IMG/VR virus record: IMGVR_UViG_3300007609_000001
Location: 1-62,780 of that record
Reading direction: 5' to 3' (one strand)
From: a virus
Lineage: Duplodnaviria; Caudoviricetes
Length of the DNA stretch: 62,780 bases
Numbering within the stretch: position 1 is the stretch's first letter; the number at the start of each line of letters is the position of its first letter. Under the pieces are notes generated by a model, which was not told the origin of the DNA, searched no databases, and worked only from the letters and a program-made list of their open reading frames with translations. The position numbers and the translations under genes are program-made. Of the stretch, positions 53,453 through 62,780 are shown piece after piece.

Positions 53453-54118
53453 CTAATACCCATACGAGCGATAACTAGGGCGAATATACATCGACCCACG
53501 CTCGCTGTCTTCATTGGCAGCGCGCGCAAAGTCCTCTTCATAAACCATTTTCATTGCTTGAGCTCGCTCTGGCGCAGCCTTCATCGCCAGATAATAAGCA
53601 AGCCCTGTGACCATCGGCGGAATAAACCGGCTCGGCACATCAACATCATTAGTCAGCGCTGCTGCGTCTTGAATGCGACGAATCCGATAAGTAATCACCG
53701 TATCGGTGCTGTTCTCCGGCGTAGGCCAGACATAAAAGCTCGGTGTAGCCGTGCGCTCGACATAAATCTGCGTAGGCCGCCCCGTTTGAGACTTCTGTGG
53801 TAGGTTTAAATAGTCTTCCCGCGTAATACGCTCTAGCGTGTAATCAGTGCCATCACGCCGCACTACAGACTCAAGCACATCAATGTCCCCGTTACCCATC
53901 TGATACTGGCGTTGGCCTTGTACCATTGGCTCACTGACCTGCTCAACTTTCCAGAGGTTAATCCCCCGGTTAGCCCAGTCTTGGAACATAATGTTAAGGC
54001 TACGTCGCGCTTTTCGTGCGTCATAGCCCGTGCGCATCTCAAGTCCTAGAAGCTCGTAAGCCTCCTCAATGACATCAGATACGTCTAACTTAAAGTCTGT
54101 AGTGCCACTAGTAGCCAT
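53453..54118 (-). CDS. Head-tail adaptor / tubular A-like protein
   Basis: MATSGT...ARRSLN...WANRGINLW...GRPTQ...GLAYYLA. Confidence 0.7.
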   Translation of the reverse strand: MATSGTTDFKLDVSDVIEEAYELLGLEMRTGYDARKARRSLNIMFQDWANRGINLWKVEQVSEPMVQGQRQYQMGNGDIDVLESVVRRDGTDYTLERITREDYLNLPQKSQTGRPTQIYVERTATPSFYVWPTPENSTDTVITYRIRRIQDAAALTNDVDVPSRFIPPMVTGLAYYLAMKAAPERAQAMKMVYEEDFARAANEDSERGSMYIRPSYRSYGY

Positions 54119-54408
54119 TATCGAATCTTAGCCTTACGCACGCCTTTAGTCGCCGCACCCACGCCTCGGGCTTTCGTCTTAGACGTAGAGCTCTTCTTTC
54201 TAACCTTACCACCGCGCTTCATCCCCCGACGAGGACCTTGAACGGCTTTTTGGTTTCGCTCCTTGTCTTCTTTTTCCTTGCGACGCTCATAGGCGCTTTT
54301 AGCAATTTTAGAAGGCAGTAAGCCGCCCATGCCGTCACGCATAAGCTCTCCTGTCATTCCTTCACCTGTTAGCATCCCTGCTAGCGGGGATAAATCACCT
54401 GCTTTCAT
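54118..54408 (-). CDS. Basic hypothetical protein
   Basis: MKRGG, RGVGAATKG. Confidence 0.65.
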   Translation of the reverse strand: MKAGDLSPLAGMLTGEGMTGELMRDGMGGLLPSKIAKSAYERRKEKEDKERNQKAVQGPRRGMKRGGKVRKKSSTSKTKARGVGAATKGVRKAKIR

Positions 54409-54417
54409 AATAGACTC

Positions 54418-54834
54418 CTAGTACGTCTTGGCTTTGCGTGTGCCTTTCATCGCGCATCCTGCGCCTTTGACTTTACCGCCGCTGGCCATTTTCTTTTTAG
54501 TCATGCCACCGCGAGCCATCTTTTTCTTGGCCATACCACCGCGAGCCATTTTCTTTTTGCTAGCGTTTTTGTTCTCGTCGTCCATCTTATCACCACGAGT
54601 CATTTGCATATTCATATTAGATCGGTTCACGTTACCACCTCGCTTATATCCGGCCTTTTTACGAATCTCATTCGCTTCTGCGGCCAAGTTTTGGATTTTA
54701 TCCATCATTTTGTCAGCTAGCTGATCTCGACCTGCTTCTCGATACTGATTCATTTCTTTTTCAAGTGAACGAATCTTTCGTTGTTGCTCCGCATCGGGGC
54801 GGGTAGTCGGTTTGCTAGGTTTACCTATTGGCAT
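54418..54834 (-). CDS. Basic protein with KKKMARGG repeats
   Basis: Three tandem KKKMA(R/S)GG units. Confidence 0.7.
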   Translation of the reverse strand: MPIGKPSKPTTRPDAEQQRKIRSLEKEMNQYREAGRDQLADKMMDKIQNLAAEANEIRKKAGYKRGGNVNRSNMNMQMTRGDKMDDENKNASKKKMARGGMAKKKMARGGMTKKKMASGGKVKGAGCAMKGTRKAKTY

Positions 54835-54846
54835 TGCTAGACTCCG

Positions 54847-55131
54847 CTAGTAATAAAAGAATGTAGCCGAGGTAACGTTAGTCAGCACCGCGTAAGGGTT
54901 AGACTCGCAGCGGATCGGCGTGTAATAAAACTCCACCCCATTAGCAGAAGAATCTGCAGGAGTGGCTAGCTCTAACACTACTGGGCCAGTAGCCCCACCG
55001 TCGCGAATAACAACACTACCTGCGCTTGACCCTGCTACAAAATACAAAGAAGCAATACGGGCCGGGCCGCCAAAAACGTCACCCGACTCCGTTAGCGTTG
55101 CCGACTTGCCATCAGAGTGCATTCCAGCCAT
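54847..55131 (-). CDS. Virion structural protein
   Basis: 94 aa, beta-rich, downstream of capsid. Confidence 0.65.
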   Translation of the reverse strand: MAGMHSDGKSATLTESGDVFGGPARIASLYFVAGSSAGSVVIRDGGATGPVVLELATPADSSANGVEFYYTPIRCESNPYAVLTNVTSATFFYY

Positions 55132-55143
55132 GACGGCCTCCTA

Positions 55144-55350
55144 TTAAGCCGGGCCAGCAGAAACGCTAAGCACGCCGTTGTTATTCCACAACTGCCCAGC
55201 TACTTCAGGGTCAGCTTCAGGAAGATCGGTGATAACAACCGTGGTGCCGTCAACCGTAACGTCGCCGGTCGTGGTCAGGTTAGTCGCAGTAAGGTCGCCC
55301 TCGAAACCGTTATCGGAACGGACTGGGCCGGAAAATCTTGTACGCGCCAT
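55144..55350 (-). CDS. Virion structural protein
   Basis: MARTRFSGPVRSDNGF...LPEADPEVAGQLW; GGAG RBS. Confidence 0.7.
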   Translation of the reverse strand: MARTRFSGPVRSDNGFEGDLTATNLTTTGDVTVDGTTVVITDLPEADPEVAGQLWNNNGVLSVSAGPA

Positions 55351-55376
55351 TGGATTGTCTCCGTGTTGCAGCACTT

Positions 55377-55438
55377 GCTATACCGTCATCTGCAAAGTCC
55401 GCTGGGTCGGTCGGCATAGCTGGAATAGTCCCAGACTT
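55377..55438 (-). ncRNA. Candidate pseudoknotted 5' leader RNA
   Basis: GCUAUGCCG/CGGUAUAGC stem crossing AAGUCUGGG/CCCA(GCG)GACUU. Confidence 0.4.
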
Positions 55439-55444
55439 AAAACC

Positions 55445-55473
55445 TTTATACGCAAACCCATTTAATAACGCAA
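55445..55473 (-). promoter_or_regulatory. Candidate promoter TTGCGT-N17-TATAAA
   Basis: Immediately after the capsid terminator. Confidence 0.55.
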
Positions 55474-55476
55474 CCC

Positions 55477-55506
55477 AAAAAAAGACCCCGCCGAAGCAGG
55501 GTCTTG
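55477..55506 (-). terminator. Rho-independent terminator after the major capsid gene
   Basis: AAGACCCCTGC-ttcg-GCGGGGTCTT followed by a T run on the - strand. Confidence 0.88.
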
Positions 55507-55530
55507 GTTTACTGAGGCAAGCTCAGATTA

Positions 55531-56442
55531 TCAAGCAGCGCCGGGGCTGCCGTAGATACCCAGAGGGTCGCTCACGCCGAATGAGTAACGCTCACGCGCC
55601 TTGTAGCGAACATTGCCCGTATCGAAGTCGCCTTCCATTTTGGTGGTCAGCGGGGTACGAACAAAGTGCTTCATGCCGTTCGGGATATCCGTGGTCAGGA
55701 ACCATGCGTCATCATCGGTAAGGAAGTGATTTACGGTATAACCACCGGGGATTGACCCGTTGTTCATGATCGCGTTGATGTCGTTATCGGCAGTGCCAAC
55801 ACGCTGCTCGGTCTCAAGGAGGCGAGTAGCAACGAACATCAGGCTCGGCGGAACAATCAACTTACGAGGCTTAGCTGCAACCAGCAAACCGCGCTCATCA
55901 GTCCAACCAGCGATCTGAATAACAGCAGCTTCGAGCGAAGTCTCATTGAGATCAGCCGCCACTTCAGGGCTATTAGAGTTAACACCGCCAGATACCAGCG
56001 GATGGCTCGTCGAGAACAGGGCCTCACCGTCGCCATAAGTGACGTTGGTGTCAAAACCGTTGTTCAGGATCGAGGCCGCTTTGACCTGCTTGGTGTACGC
56101 CATCGCACGAGCCAACGCCTTGGTGTAACGCGAAGACAGGGAGTCGTAGAGGTTATCCTCCATCGCTTCCTCAGTAATCGAGAACCCAAGGGCAATCGTT
56201 TCGTGGTTATAGCGCGCCGTGTAGGCTTCCTGCGCCGAGTCGTACTGAATGGCATCGCCTTCAGATTTAACCGGAGCAGCCGAGAAACCCGACAGCTTAA
56301 CTTCTTCTTCAAAGGAACGCTCAGAAGTCTCCTGCTCGAAGATTTCCTTGTGCTCCTCACCATATCGAGCGTACTCCATGCCGAACAAAGCGTTCAGGCC
56401 GGGGAGAAGCTCTTTTACCATTTGTGCTCTTGAAATTGCCAT
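55531..56442 (-). CDS. Major capsid protein
   Basis: 303 aa after scaffold; MAISRAQMVKELLPGLNALFG...KARERYSFG; strong RBS, biased codons, own terminator. Confidence 0.88.
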   Translation of the reverse strand: MAISRAQMVKELLPGLNALFGMEYARYGEEHKEIFEQETSERSFEEEVKLSGFSAAPVKSEGDAIQYDSAQEAYTARYNHETIALGFSITEEAMEDNLYDSLSSRYTKALARAMAYTKQVKAASILNNGFDTNVTYGDGEALFSTSHPLVSGGVNSNSPEVAADLNETSLEAAVIQIAGWTDERGLLVAAKPRKLIVPPSLMFVATRLLETEQRVGTADNDINAIMNNGSIPGGYTVNHFLTDDDAWFLTTDIPNGMKHFVRTPLTTKMEGDFDTGNVRYKARERYSFGVSDPLGIYGSPGAA

Positions 56443-56455
56443 GATCTAAGCTCCT

Positions 56456-57064
56456 TTAAGCGTCGCCAGCGCCGGTGGCGTTGCTAAGCTGATGACCAGC
56501 GTTGAACTTAACCAGAATTTCAGTGAAGTCACCATCACTGTTCTTGGTTTCAGCAACGCCCTGAACCACGCGCAGCGGCAGGGTAGCCGTATCTGCGTGG
56601 GATGCGTCATCGACAGCAACTGCCGACACACCAGTAGTCGTGTTACCCACAGGGGACTGATCGTCCAAACCGACGTTATTGCCGATTTCAGACTGAGCAA
56701 TACCTGAGATATCACCGCCGGAGTCTACGACTGCAACCTTATACAGAACGTTAGCGCCATCAACGACATAAGCCGTGATGTCATCAGCGGTAACATTGCC
56801 CGGATAATAGTTGCGGAAGGTTAGACCATAAACAGGATCGGTGTATGACACGCCGACAAAAACGCCAACGTAGCTGATGTTATCACCAGCAGCCACACGA
56901 TCAATCATGCCATCGGTGCCGATAGCAACGAGGTCTCCGTGGAAGATCGCAGTCGCATTGCCCGACTCGATCATGTAGGCGCGTTGAGCACCATTGTACG
57001 GAGAACCGTCAACCATCTTCACCGGAACGAGGCCGTAAGGGCCTGAAACGGTTGGATATGCCAT
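56456..57064 (-). CDS. Capsid-associated (decoration-like) protein
   Basis: MAYPTVSGPYGLVPV...IFHGDLV...GVFVGVSYTDP; upstream of capsid. Confidence 0.65.
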   Translation of the reverse strand: MAYPTVSGPYGLVPVKMVDGSPYNGAQRAYMIESGNATAIFHGDLVAIGTDGMIDRVAAGDNISYVGVFVGVSYTDPVYGLTFRNYYPGNVTADDITAYVVDGANVLYKVAVVDSGGDISGIAQSEIGNNVGLDDQSPVGNTTTGVSAVAVDDASHADTATLPLRVVQGVAETKNSDGDFTEILVKFNAGHQLSNATGAGDA

Positions 57065-57098
57065 GAGATTCATCTCCTAAAGGAAAAATTAAAAGGCT

Positions 57099-57569
57099 CT
57101 AAGAGCCACGCCCAAATGTAACGCTGGATTTGCGATCTTGGAATAAAGGCATCCGAGGATCGTTCTCCCGCATAAAGTTGTTGTCCACCGACTCAACCTG
57201 AGCTTCACTACTACGCCGATAATAGGCGTTTCGCTGCTCAACCATTTCGGTAGGCATCCGGCAAAGGATAAGACCGCCGATCTCAACCAACCCCGAGGTC
57301 TGAGCTTCTTCATCTACATGAAGTTTCATCTCTGGGTGATCTTCAACCCGGCATGTCTCCCAACCTTCGCGCACTTTGCGAGAAAAGTTAGTCGGATCAT
57401 TAGTTCCAAGCATTGACTTGCGAACCCAACGGAACGAAACCCCTTCTTGAGGGTTAGGTTCAGGCAACAGACTTGCAGGTGCCCACTGCTTCTTCCGCGC
57501 AGTCGCTTCTCGGTTGTCGTGCTCGCGAGAAACCGGTCGAGCTTCACGTGTTCTAGTTGCATTAGCCAT
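57099..57569 (-). CDS. Head-module hypothetical protein
   Basis: FRWVR...REGWE...GGLILCRMP. Confidence 0.75.
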   Translation of the reverse strand: MANATRTREARPVSREHDNREATARKKQWAPASLLPEPNPQEGVSFRWVRKSMLGTNDPTNFSRKVREGWETCRVEDHPEMKLHVDEEAQTSGLVEIGGLILCRMPTEMVEQRNAYYRRSSEAQVESVDNNFMRENDPRMPLFQDRKSSVTFGRGS

Positions 57570-58638
57570 TGTTAGCCTCCAGTTTCTGTACTTCGCGGGC
57601 GTATGCTTCGGGGCTGATTCCCAACCTCTTAGCCATCGCTACCTGCGACTGAGTTAGCACTACCTTTTTACCCTTCGGAGTTCGTCCAGCCGGGGCGACA
57701 ACGGTAGAGGGTTGCCGCTTTTTCCTTTTTGGAGGCTCCTGTTCAAACCGATCAGGAAAGACCTCACGCATGCGAGCATCAATACGCTCGTAGTATTCGT
57801 CAGTAGAAGGCGGAACTCCGTCTTTTACCAACTTCTGATGGACGCCTAGCGCGAAGCTGGTCATCTCATCGTCCTTGCCAAACCACTCGTTACGATCACC
57901 CCACGACTTTGCTTTGTCGTCGGGCTCTGGCGCGTCAACTTGTGGCTGCGCTTGGTTATTATATACCTGTTGAGATGTCTGCTGTAAAGCACTGTTTTGT
58001 TGAGCCGCTACATTCTGCTGTGTGTAGCGCGGAGATAGCAGGTTTACACGCTCTGCCTGATACGTCGCCCGAGAAAGCTCCTGCTGCGCATCGGTGATGG
58101 CCTCAGAGTCTCCTTGCTCGTACGCATCACGGTACTTACGCTTAGCCGCTTCAAGCTGCAACGCCGCCCGTTGCTTCGCCTGCTCTAACGCCCAAGTCTC
58201 GCCGCTAGACAAATCATTGCGAAGTTTATCTCGCTCTGCCTGTAGGCGTTGAGCGTACTCAGCTGCCGCCTCGCGCTCACGTGCTGCTTGTTCTTTTGCC
58301 CGCCGCTCGTCATGCCACGCCTTTTTAAGCTGATCAATTCGCTGCTTAACTTTTGCAGAGTAATCATCAGCGGCGTCCTGCTCTAGCTCCTCTACCACCT
58401 CATCGGGTAGCGGGCTGCGGTTTCTATCCGCAGGTGGGGTGTCATCGACAATCTCTAGCTCTAAATCGTCAGAGTCATCGTCCGTGTCAGTTGACTCTTC
58501 TGTGACAACTTCTACGTCCGTATCGTCTTCTTTTTGAAACTGGTTTTTCATTGCAGGCGGAACACCACTGGCGTCCGAACCCACTACAAACTCAGTATCG
58601 TCGAAATCAACGTCTTCGTTTTTTGCTTTGCGGTTCAT
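57562..58638 (-). CDS. Scaffolding protein
   Basis: Acidic N-terminus, long coiled coil, C-terminal LTQSQVAMAKRLGISPEAYA. Confidence 0.75.
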   Translation of the reverse strand: MNRKAKNEDVDFDDTEFVVGSDASGVPPAMKNQFQKEDDTDVEVVTEESTDTDDDSDDLELEIVDDTPPADRNRSPLPDEVVEELEQDAADDYSAKVKQRIDQLKKAWHDERRAKEQAAREREAAAEYAQRLQAERDKLRNDLSSGETWALEQAKQRAALQLEAAKRKYRDAYEQGDSEAITDAQQELSRATYQAERVNLLSPRYTQQNVAAQQNSALQQTSQQVYNNQAQPQVDAPEPDDKAKSWGDRNEWFGKDDEMTSFALGVHQKLVKDGVPPSTDEYYERIDARMREVFPDRFEQEPPKRKKRQPSTVVAPAGRTPKGKKVVLTQSQVAMAKRLGISPEAYAREVQKLEANNG

Positions 58639-58648
58639 AACTTACTCC

Positions 58649-59020
58649 TTAAATGCGGGAATACCCCGTTGGGTCTTCAACGACCGCCTCAACCGAATCA
58701 TCGTTAATGACGCGGAAAAGCTCTTTGTCGTGAATCCTGAAACGCGTGCCAGAGTAGGCACGTATTAACACGTAATCGCCAATTTTACAGTATGGTCCAT
58801 TAGGAAAACGCTCTTTGTCTTTATAAGCGTCAGGGCCCATATCAATAACTTGCACCACCATCGTGGAGACTTCTTCCTGCTTTAACACAGTGTCGGGCTT
58901 AACAATCCCGCTCTCGTAAGTCTCTTTGACTTCAGGTATGGCGACTAAAAGGCGATAGCCCGCAGGCTTCGGTATTTGCTGCTCAGTGAGCTGAGGTGCA
59001 GCCTGATCGGCTGTAGTCAT
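58649..59020 (-). CDS. groES: GroES/Cpn10-like co-chaperonin
   Basis: PAGYRLLV...SGIVKP...MGPDAY...GDYVL...YSGT...INDDSVEAVV. Confidence 0.85.
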   Translation of the reverse strand: MTTADQAAPQLTEQQIPKPAGYRLLVAIPEVKETYESGIVKPDTVLKQEEVSTMVVQVIDMGPDAYKDKERFPNGPYCKIGDYVLIRAYSGTRFRIHDKELFRVINDDSVEAVVEDPTGYSRI

Positions 59021-59028
59021 GTGACCTC

Positions 59029-59229
59029 CTAATTATGGTCAGGTGATTTTTCTGCTGCTTCCATTAAATCCAACACAAGCCTCTCAGCCTGTGCCAGCCC
59101 TTTGATCACACCCGTGTAGTGGGTGTACTCATCGTAAGACTTAGCTGCCCCTGTCGAGATAGCATCTGTCAGATCGTCCAAGTCTTTACGAATTTCTTTG
59201 CGGAGGTGCTCTCCGAATGTGCGAATCAT
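59029..59229 (-). CDS. Hypothetical protein
   Basis: SYDEY...GVIKGL; between portal and GroES. Confidence 0.7.
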   Translation of the reverse strand: MIRTFGEHLRKEIRKDLDDLTDAISTGAAKSYDEYTHYTGVIKGLAQAERLVLDLMEAAEKSPDHN

Positions 59230-59232
59230 CGT

Positions 59233-61785
59233 TTACTCCTGCTGGTTTGAATCGTTACCATTTTGGTTACCATTGTTACCATTTTGGGTACGTTGTTGCT
59301 GCATCATCTGGGAAGCCAGATTTTGATTGGCGCGAATGCGCTCTTCAGCAATGCCAGCGCCAACTTTGACGCCTGTTGACTCAAGATCAGCTTCCGCTTT
59401 CACGATCTGCTGACGCAGTTTAGAGCCAATTGAGGCCCCAATCTGTTTTTCTTGAGAAGTTATGCGAGCCGACTCAAGCTCTAAGTCTCGAAGTTTAAGC
59501 TCGTAGTCCATCTTGTCTTTCTGAATCTTACGCTGCAGCTCGCCCTGTTCCAGCTCTAGCTCACGCTGCTGCATCTGCACCACAGGGTCTTGCGCTTTCT
59601 TAGCCGCTTCTTCGGCCTGCGCCATCTGCTGAGCCTTACCGGTGACACGAGGCGCGGCTTCAGCCACCAGACGAGAGATCGCCAACTCCTGCTCTTCAGT
59701 CAAGCTGGTTTCATCCTCATCATAAGCCGGCAGCGGTACACCAAGTTCTTTCTCTACCCGGCGACGATACTGATGGGCAATGTGCTCGTTGATGTGCTCC
59801 ATACCCACAGCAATCTTCATCTTACCGGCCTCACCCTCCATCTCGATCATCTTCATAATCTCAGGGTCTTGGGCGAACGCCATGTGCGCTTGGATATGCG
59901 CCTCGTGGTCTTGGTAAGCAAATGCCTTAATCGGCTTACCGTTGAGTAGCGCCATGTTCTCCGTCATCGGGTCCATTGGCTTGACATCGTCCTCATCCGG
60001 CACCAGCTCGTTAGCATCTTTAATGCCGAGTGTTTCAATCATCTTTCTATGCAGTAACGGCAGGTCGTAGAGCTGAGGGGCCTGCTGCGCCAGCTGCATC
60101 GCTGCTTGGTACTGCACAATCCGCTGCGACATGGTCGAGGCGTTCGGATCAGACACCGGGATGATGTTAGTCATCATGTAGTCTTTGCGCCGAGCCATCA
60201 GCTCTTCTGCGCCCTCAACCCCTTGTGCGTCGTAGTCATACTCCTCGGGGGCCATTTCCGCCACGATGCCCTTGAGGATTTTAAACTCAGACTTCATCGC
60301 CGCGTGCATGCGCGCCTGCACCGCTGTCAGGGTCTTTAACTGCCGCTCTAAGATAGCCAGCGTAGAACCCACCGGTGCGTTAGGCTGCATGTCGCCCACG
60401 CTAAGATCAGACATTGAGACAAAACGCCGTGCTTCTTGGACAATTTTATCCAACAACCCAGCTAGAACCGTTGAGGGCTCCTTATAGGGCAGCGGCATAA
60501 TGTTGTCTTTGATCGTGCCAGTCGGCACATCCACGTCGCGGAACTCACCCGGTGCAATAGGCGTATCACCGCCACGTATGCGAAGCCCCCGCGTACGGAA
60601 GCCGCCCGGCAAGTTAGACAGCGTGCCGGCATCGACGAGCTGACGCATGATTGACGTAGCGCCCTTGGCAAAACCACCAATGAGGTGGATAAGGCCGAAA
60701 CCATAGAATCCAAAGCCCGGGATGTAGTTGTAATGGGAGAAGTGAATCTGCTTTTGTTTTTTCTCATCGTCCTCCGCCCAATTACGATAAATAGACAACA
60801 CCTTGCCGCTGTCCTTGAGGATAGTCACCACGTATGGCAGCTCAATACCCGTGGGCTCTCCAAACTTATCAAGGTCTTCAAACCCTTCAAGGTCAAGCTC
60901 ACAGTGAATCTCTAACAGCGTGTAGCGATCATCTCGCGCGGCATCAAACCCACCGATCTCATCTTTACGCCGTGAGATATCATCCTCGTCCACCGTGGGG
61001 TCGCCAATATCACACTCGCGATAAAACCCACTGACCTGCATTTTACGCACTTCATTCTTAGTTCGTTTCATGCGATGTGTATAACGCTGAGCGCTAGAGA
61101 GCGTAGAGGCCCCGTAGCTAACAATAAAGTCTTCTGCCGGAATGAACTGCGCCACCGGACGGTCTAGCGAGGGGTCATAGAAAATCTTTTTAAACGCAGA
61201 GCCTGCAATGGGCAGGTTCCACAATAACCGCTCATGCTCGGAGCGGTAGTCCTCCATCTTATCTGTCAGGAGGTAGTTCATATCGTCGCGCACGCGCGCC
61301 GCTGCTTCTTCTTTGTCCTTAGTGGTTTTACCCAACACTTTAGTACGCACCGGGCCTTGCGCGGGGAATGTCTCGACAATACTCTCAGACTGGAACTTCA
61401 CCACCGCCTCAGCGAGCATCGGGTGATACACCCCGAACGCGCCTTCCCACGGCTCCGAGCGGTCCTCGATCTTTAGCCCCAACAACTCAAGCCCGTCGTG
61501 GTAAGTCTCCTCCCACTCAGCCCGCGACTGTACGTCAGTAGCGTAGGCCTCAAGCAGCTCATCAGCAATCTGCGCGCACATCTGCTCATCAATATGCTCA
61601 GCTAAGTTGGCAGCATGCGGAATCATATCGCCTTCATCACCGGGCTCTATTGATAAGAGCTCCTCGCCTGCGATACTGACCTCGACACTCTCAGGGTCCT
61701 CGATCTCAATTTCTAAGGGAATCTCGCCCTCTGCCTGTTCACTGACTCCTTGCGGAGCACCGTATAGCGCTTTTTCAATAGCCAT
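59233..61785 (-). CDS. Portal protein
   Basis: 850 aa after terL; PWEGA.GVYHPMLAE, AGSAFKK, GFYGFGL, DAGTLSNLPGG; long C-terminal coil (barrel). Confidence 0.9.
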   Translation of the reverse strand: MAIEKALYGAPQGVSEQAEGEIPLEIEIEDPESVEVSIAGEELLSIEPGDEGDMIPHAANLAEHIDEQMCAQIADELLEAYATDVQSRAEWEETYHDGLELLGLKIEDRSEPWEGAFGVYHPMLAEAVVKFQSESIVETFPAQGPVRTKVLGKTTKDKEEAAARVRDDMNYLLTDKMEDYRSEHERLLWNLPIAGSAFKKIFYDPSLDRPVAQFIPAEDFIVSYGASTLSSAQRYTHRMKRTKNEVRKMQVSGFYRECDIGDPTVDEDDISRRKDEIGGFDAARDDRYTLLEIHCELDLEGFEDLDKFGEPTGIELPYVVTILKDSGKVLSIYRNWAEDDEKKQKQIHFSHYNYIPGFGFYGFGLIHLIGGFAKGATSIMRQLVDAGTLSNLPGGFRTRGLRIRGGDTPIAPGEFRDVDVPTGTIKDNIMPLPYKEPSTVLAGLLDKIVQEARRFVSMSDLSVGDMQPNAPVGSTLAILERQLKTLTAVQARMHAAMKSEFKILKGIVAEMAPEEYDYDAQGVEGAEELMARRKDYMMTNIIPVSDPNASTMSQRIVQYQAAMQLAQQAPQLYDLPLLHRKMIETLGIKDANELVPDEDDVKPMDPMTENMALLNGKPIKAFAYQDHEAHIQAHMAFAQDPEIMKMIEMEGEAGKMKIAVGMEHINEHIAHQYRRRVEKELGVPLPAYDEDETSLTEEQELAISRLVAEAAPRVTGKAQQMAQAEEAAKKAQDPVVQMQQRELELEQGELQRKIQKDKMDYELKLRDLELESARITSQEKQIGASIGSKLRQQIVKAEADLESTGVKVGAGIAEERIRANQNLASQMMQQQRTQNGNNGNQNGNDSNQQE

Positions 61786-62033
61786 TAGTTTGATTCCTTT
61801 TTGAGCTGTTCGCGATGCCGTTTTAAGTCTTCGCGATGCCGTTTTAAGTCTTCGCGAAATTTTAATTCTTTTTCAGTAGGAAGCACTAAAGGCCATTGAG
61901 TGTTTGCGTTCCACAACGCCCACGCTTCAGCTTCTACTCTGCTAGGGCCAGCGTATTTAGGGGAGATGCGACTAATAAACGCCTGAACATAAAGCGAAAA
62001 TAGCATCAACTTGCCTCGAATCCACAACCGCAT
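61785..62033 (-). CDS. Hypothetical protein with a 21-bp tandem duplication
   Basis: REDLKRH x2 (61809-61850). Confidence 0.5.
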   Translation of the reverse strand: MRLWIRGKLMLFSLYVQAFISRISPKYAGPSRVEAEAWALWNANTQWPLVLPTEKELKFREDLKRHREDLKRHREQLKKESN

Positions 62034-62041
62034 AAGTCCTC

Positions 62042-62780
62042 CTAGTAATACGCCGCTCTCACGGGTTCAAAGTCCTCGTCATCTCCCCACCGGTCATCCG
62101 GCAGCGAAATAAACCCTCCGTTTCTAAAGCGCATCAGCGCCATCACGGTGCTATCCACCAAGTCATCGTTAGGCATTGCTGGAAACCCACAAACCTCATC
62201 TACAACCTCTTCTGCCCAACGCCTACTCGCTGGATACCAAACAAGTCCTGATGCGAACATATCAGAGACTGAGTTCAAACGCATAATTTTATCCCCTGTG
62301 CCTCGGTGCGGAGTGTACTCCTGCACGGGTATGCCTGCACGTCGAAACTCTTGGTAGAGCTGTGAGCCCGCCGATTTTTTCTCCACCACGAACCAATCAG
62401 GCTCCCAATCAGTGTACTCTCTATATGCCAGTCTCTTGAGCTCAGGAAACTCTAAACGCTCCTTAATACTGTTGAGCAAGATAATTTGCGCCTGCGAGAC
62501 GCCATTCTCATCATCGGCGTAAAACACCCCCCATGTTGTCAACGCAGTGAAGTCCGCCCGGTTGTTTTTTTCTGCCGCCGCATCAAGGCTCATTATTATA
62601 TACTCACACGGCGGCGGGTCATCTTTAACCCACTCACGCCACCACTCACGCTTAATAATAGCCGACTCACGCGAGGTGGGCTCCTGCATGTACTGCGCCG
62701 ACCACTGAAATGAGGGCATAGACGCCTTAGTACGCAGCAACGACTTAACTGGCCACTGCTCCGGCCACAGCGAGATGTAC
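62042..62780 (-). CDS. terL: Terminase large subunit, C-terminal nuclease part
   Basis: WSAQYMQEP, SLDAA...ADFTA, VEKKSAG, NDDLVDS. Confidence 0.92.
   Translation of the reverse strand, partial: YISLWPEQWPVKSLLRTKASMPSFQWSAQYMQEPTSRESAIIKREWWREWVKDDPPPCEYIIMSLDAAAEKNNRADFTALTTWGVFYADDENGVSQAQIILLNSIKERLEFPELKRLAYREYTDWEPDWFVVEKKSAGSQLYQEFRRAGIPVQEYTPHRGTGDKIMRLNSVSDMFASGLVWYPASRRWAEEVVDEVCGFPAMPNDDLVDSTVMALMRFRNGGFISLPDDRWGDDEDFEPVRAAYY

Noticed and set aside
24877-62713. Numerous + strand ORFs opposite the structural genes (and - strand ORFs opposite early genes)
   Set aside because: Shadow frames of well-supported genes, with no motifs or RBS
62658-62780. Physical direct terminal repeat
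   Set aside because: It interrupts terL, whose frame is restored on circularisation; this is an assembler overlap

Overview
The window is an apparently complete, circularly permuted genome (~62.66 kb unique) of a tailed dsDNA phage. Bases 1-123 repeat 62658-62780 and split terL, so this is an assembly overlap. The phage is probably short-tailed (podovirus-like): no tape-measure gene, but portal, adaptor/nozzle and large ejection proteins. The host is probably a Gram-negative bacterium, possibly salt-adapted. Two arms diverge from a control region at ~1.8-3.95 kb and converge at a terminator at ~23.8 kb. The + arm carries small early genes, a MoxR-type AAA ATPase/VWA-metallopeptidase/DUF3150-like trio, PolA, nucleases, an SNF2 helicase and a primase-helicase. 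The - arm carries TraR/DksA, terminase, portal, GroES, scaffold, capsid, tail/fibre genes, lysis genes and a 2667-aa polyvalent virion protein. No integrase, reverse transcriptase, tRNA or CRISPR array was recognised. Three unexplained features stand out. (1) Fifteen copies of a palindrome (GTCTAATTAGAC x13, TCCTAATTAGGA x2) are confined to the early region, and six lie exactly 2 nt after a stop codon. (2) An intergenic hairpin at 12519-12565 has a loop exactly antisense to a conserved translation-initiation sequence (GGAGTACAGCGATG) shared by several early/replication genes including PolA, making it a candidate multi-target phage sRNA; two more hairpins with CU-rich loops exist. (3) An Mtd-like receptor-binding protein has an adenine-depleted variable region but no DGR reverse transcriptase or template repeat. 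All product calls come from motif recognition by eye; no database searches were run.
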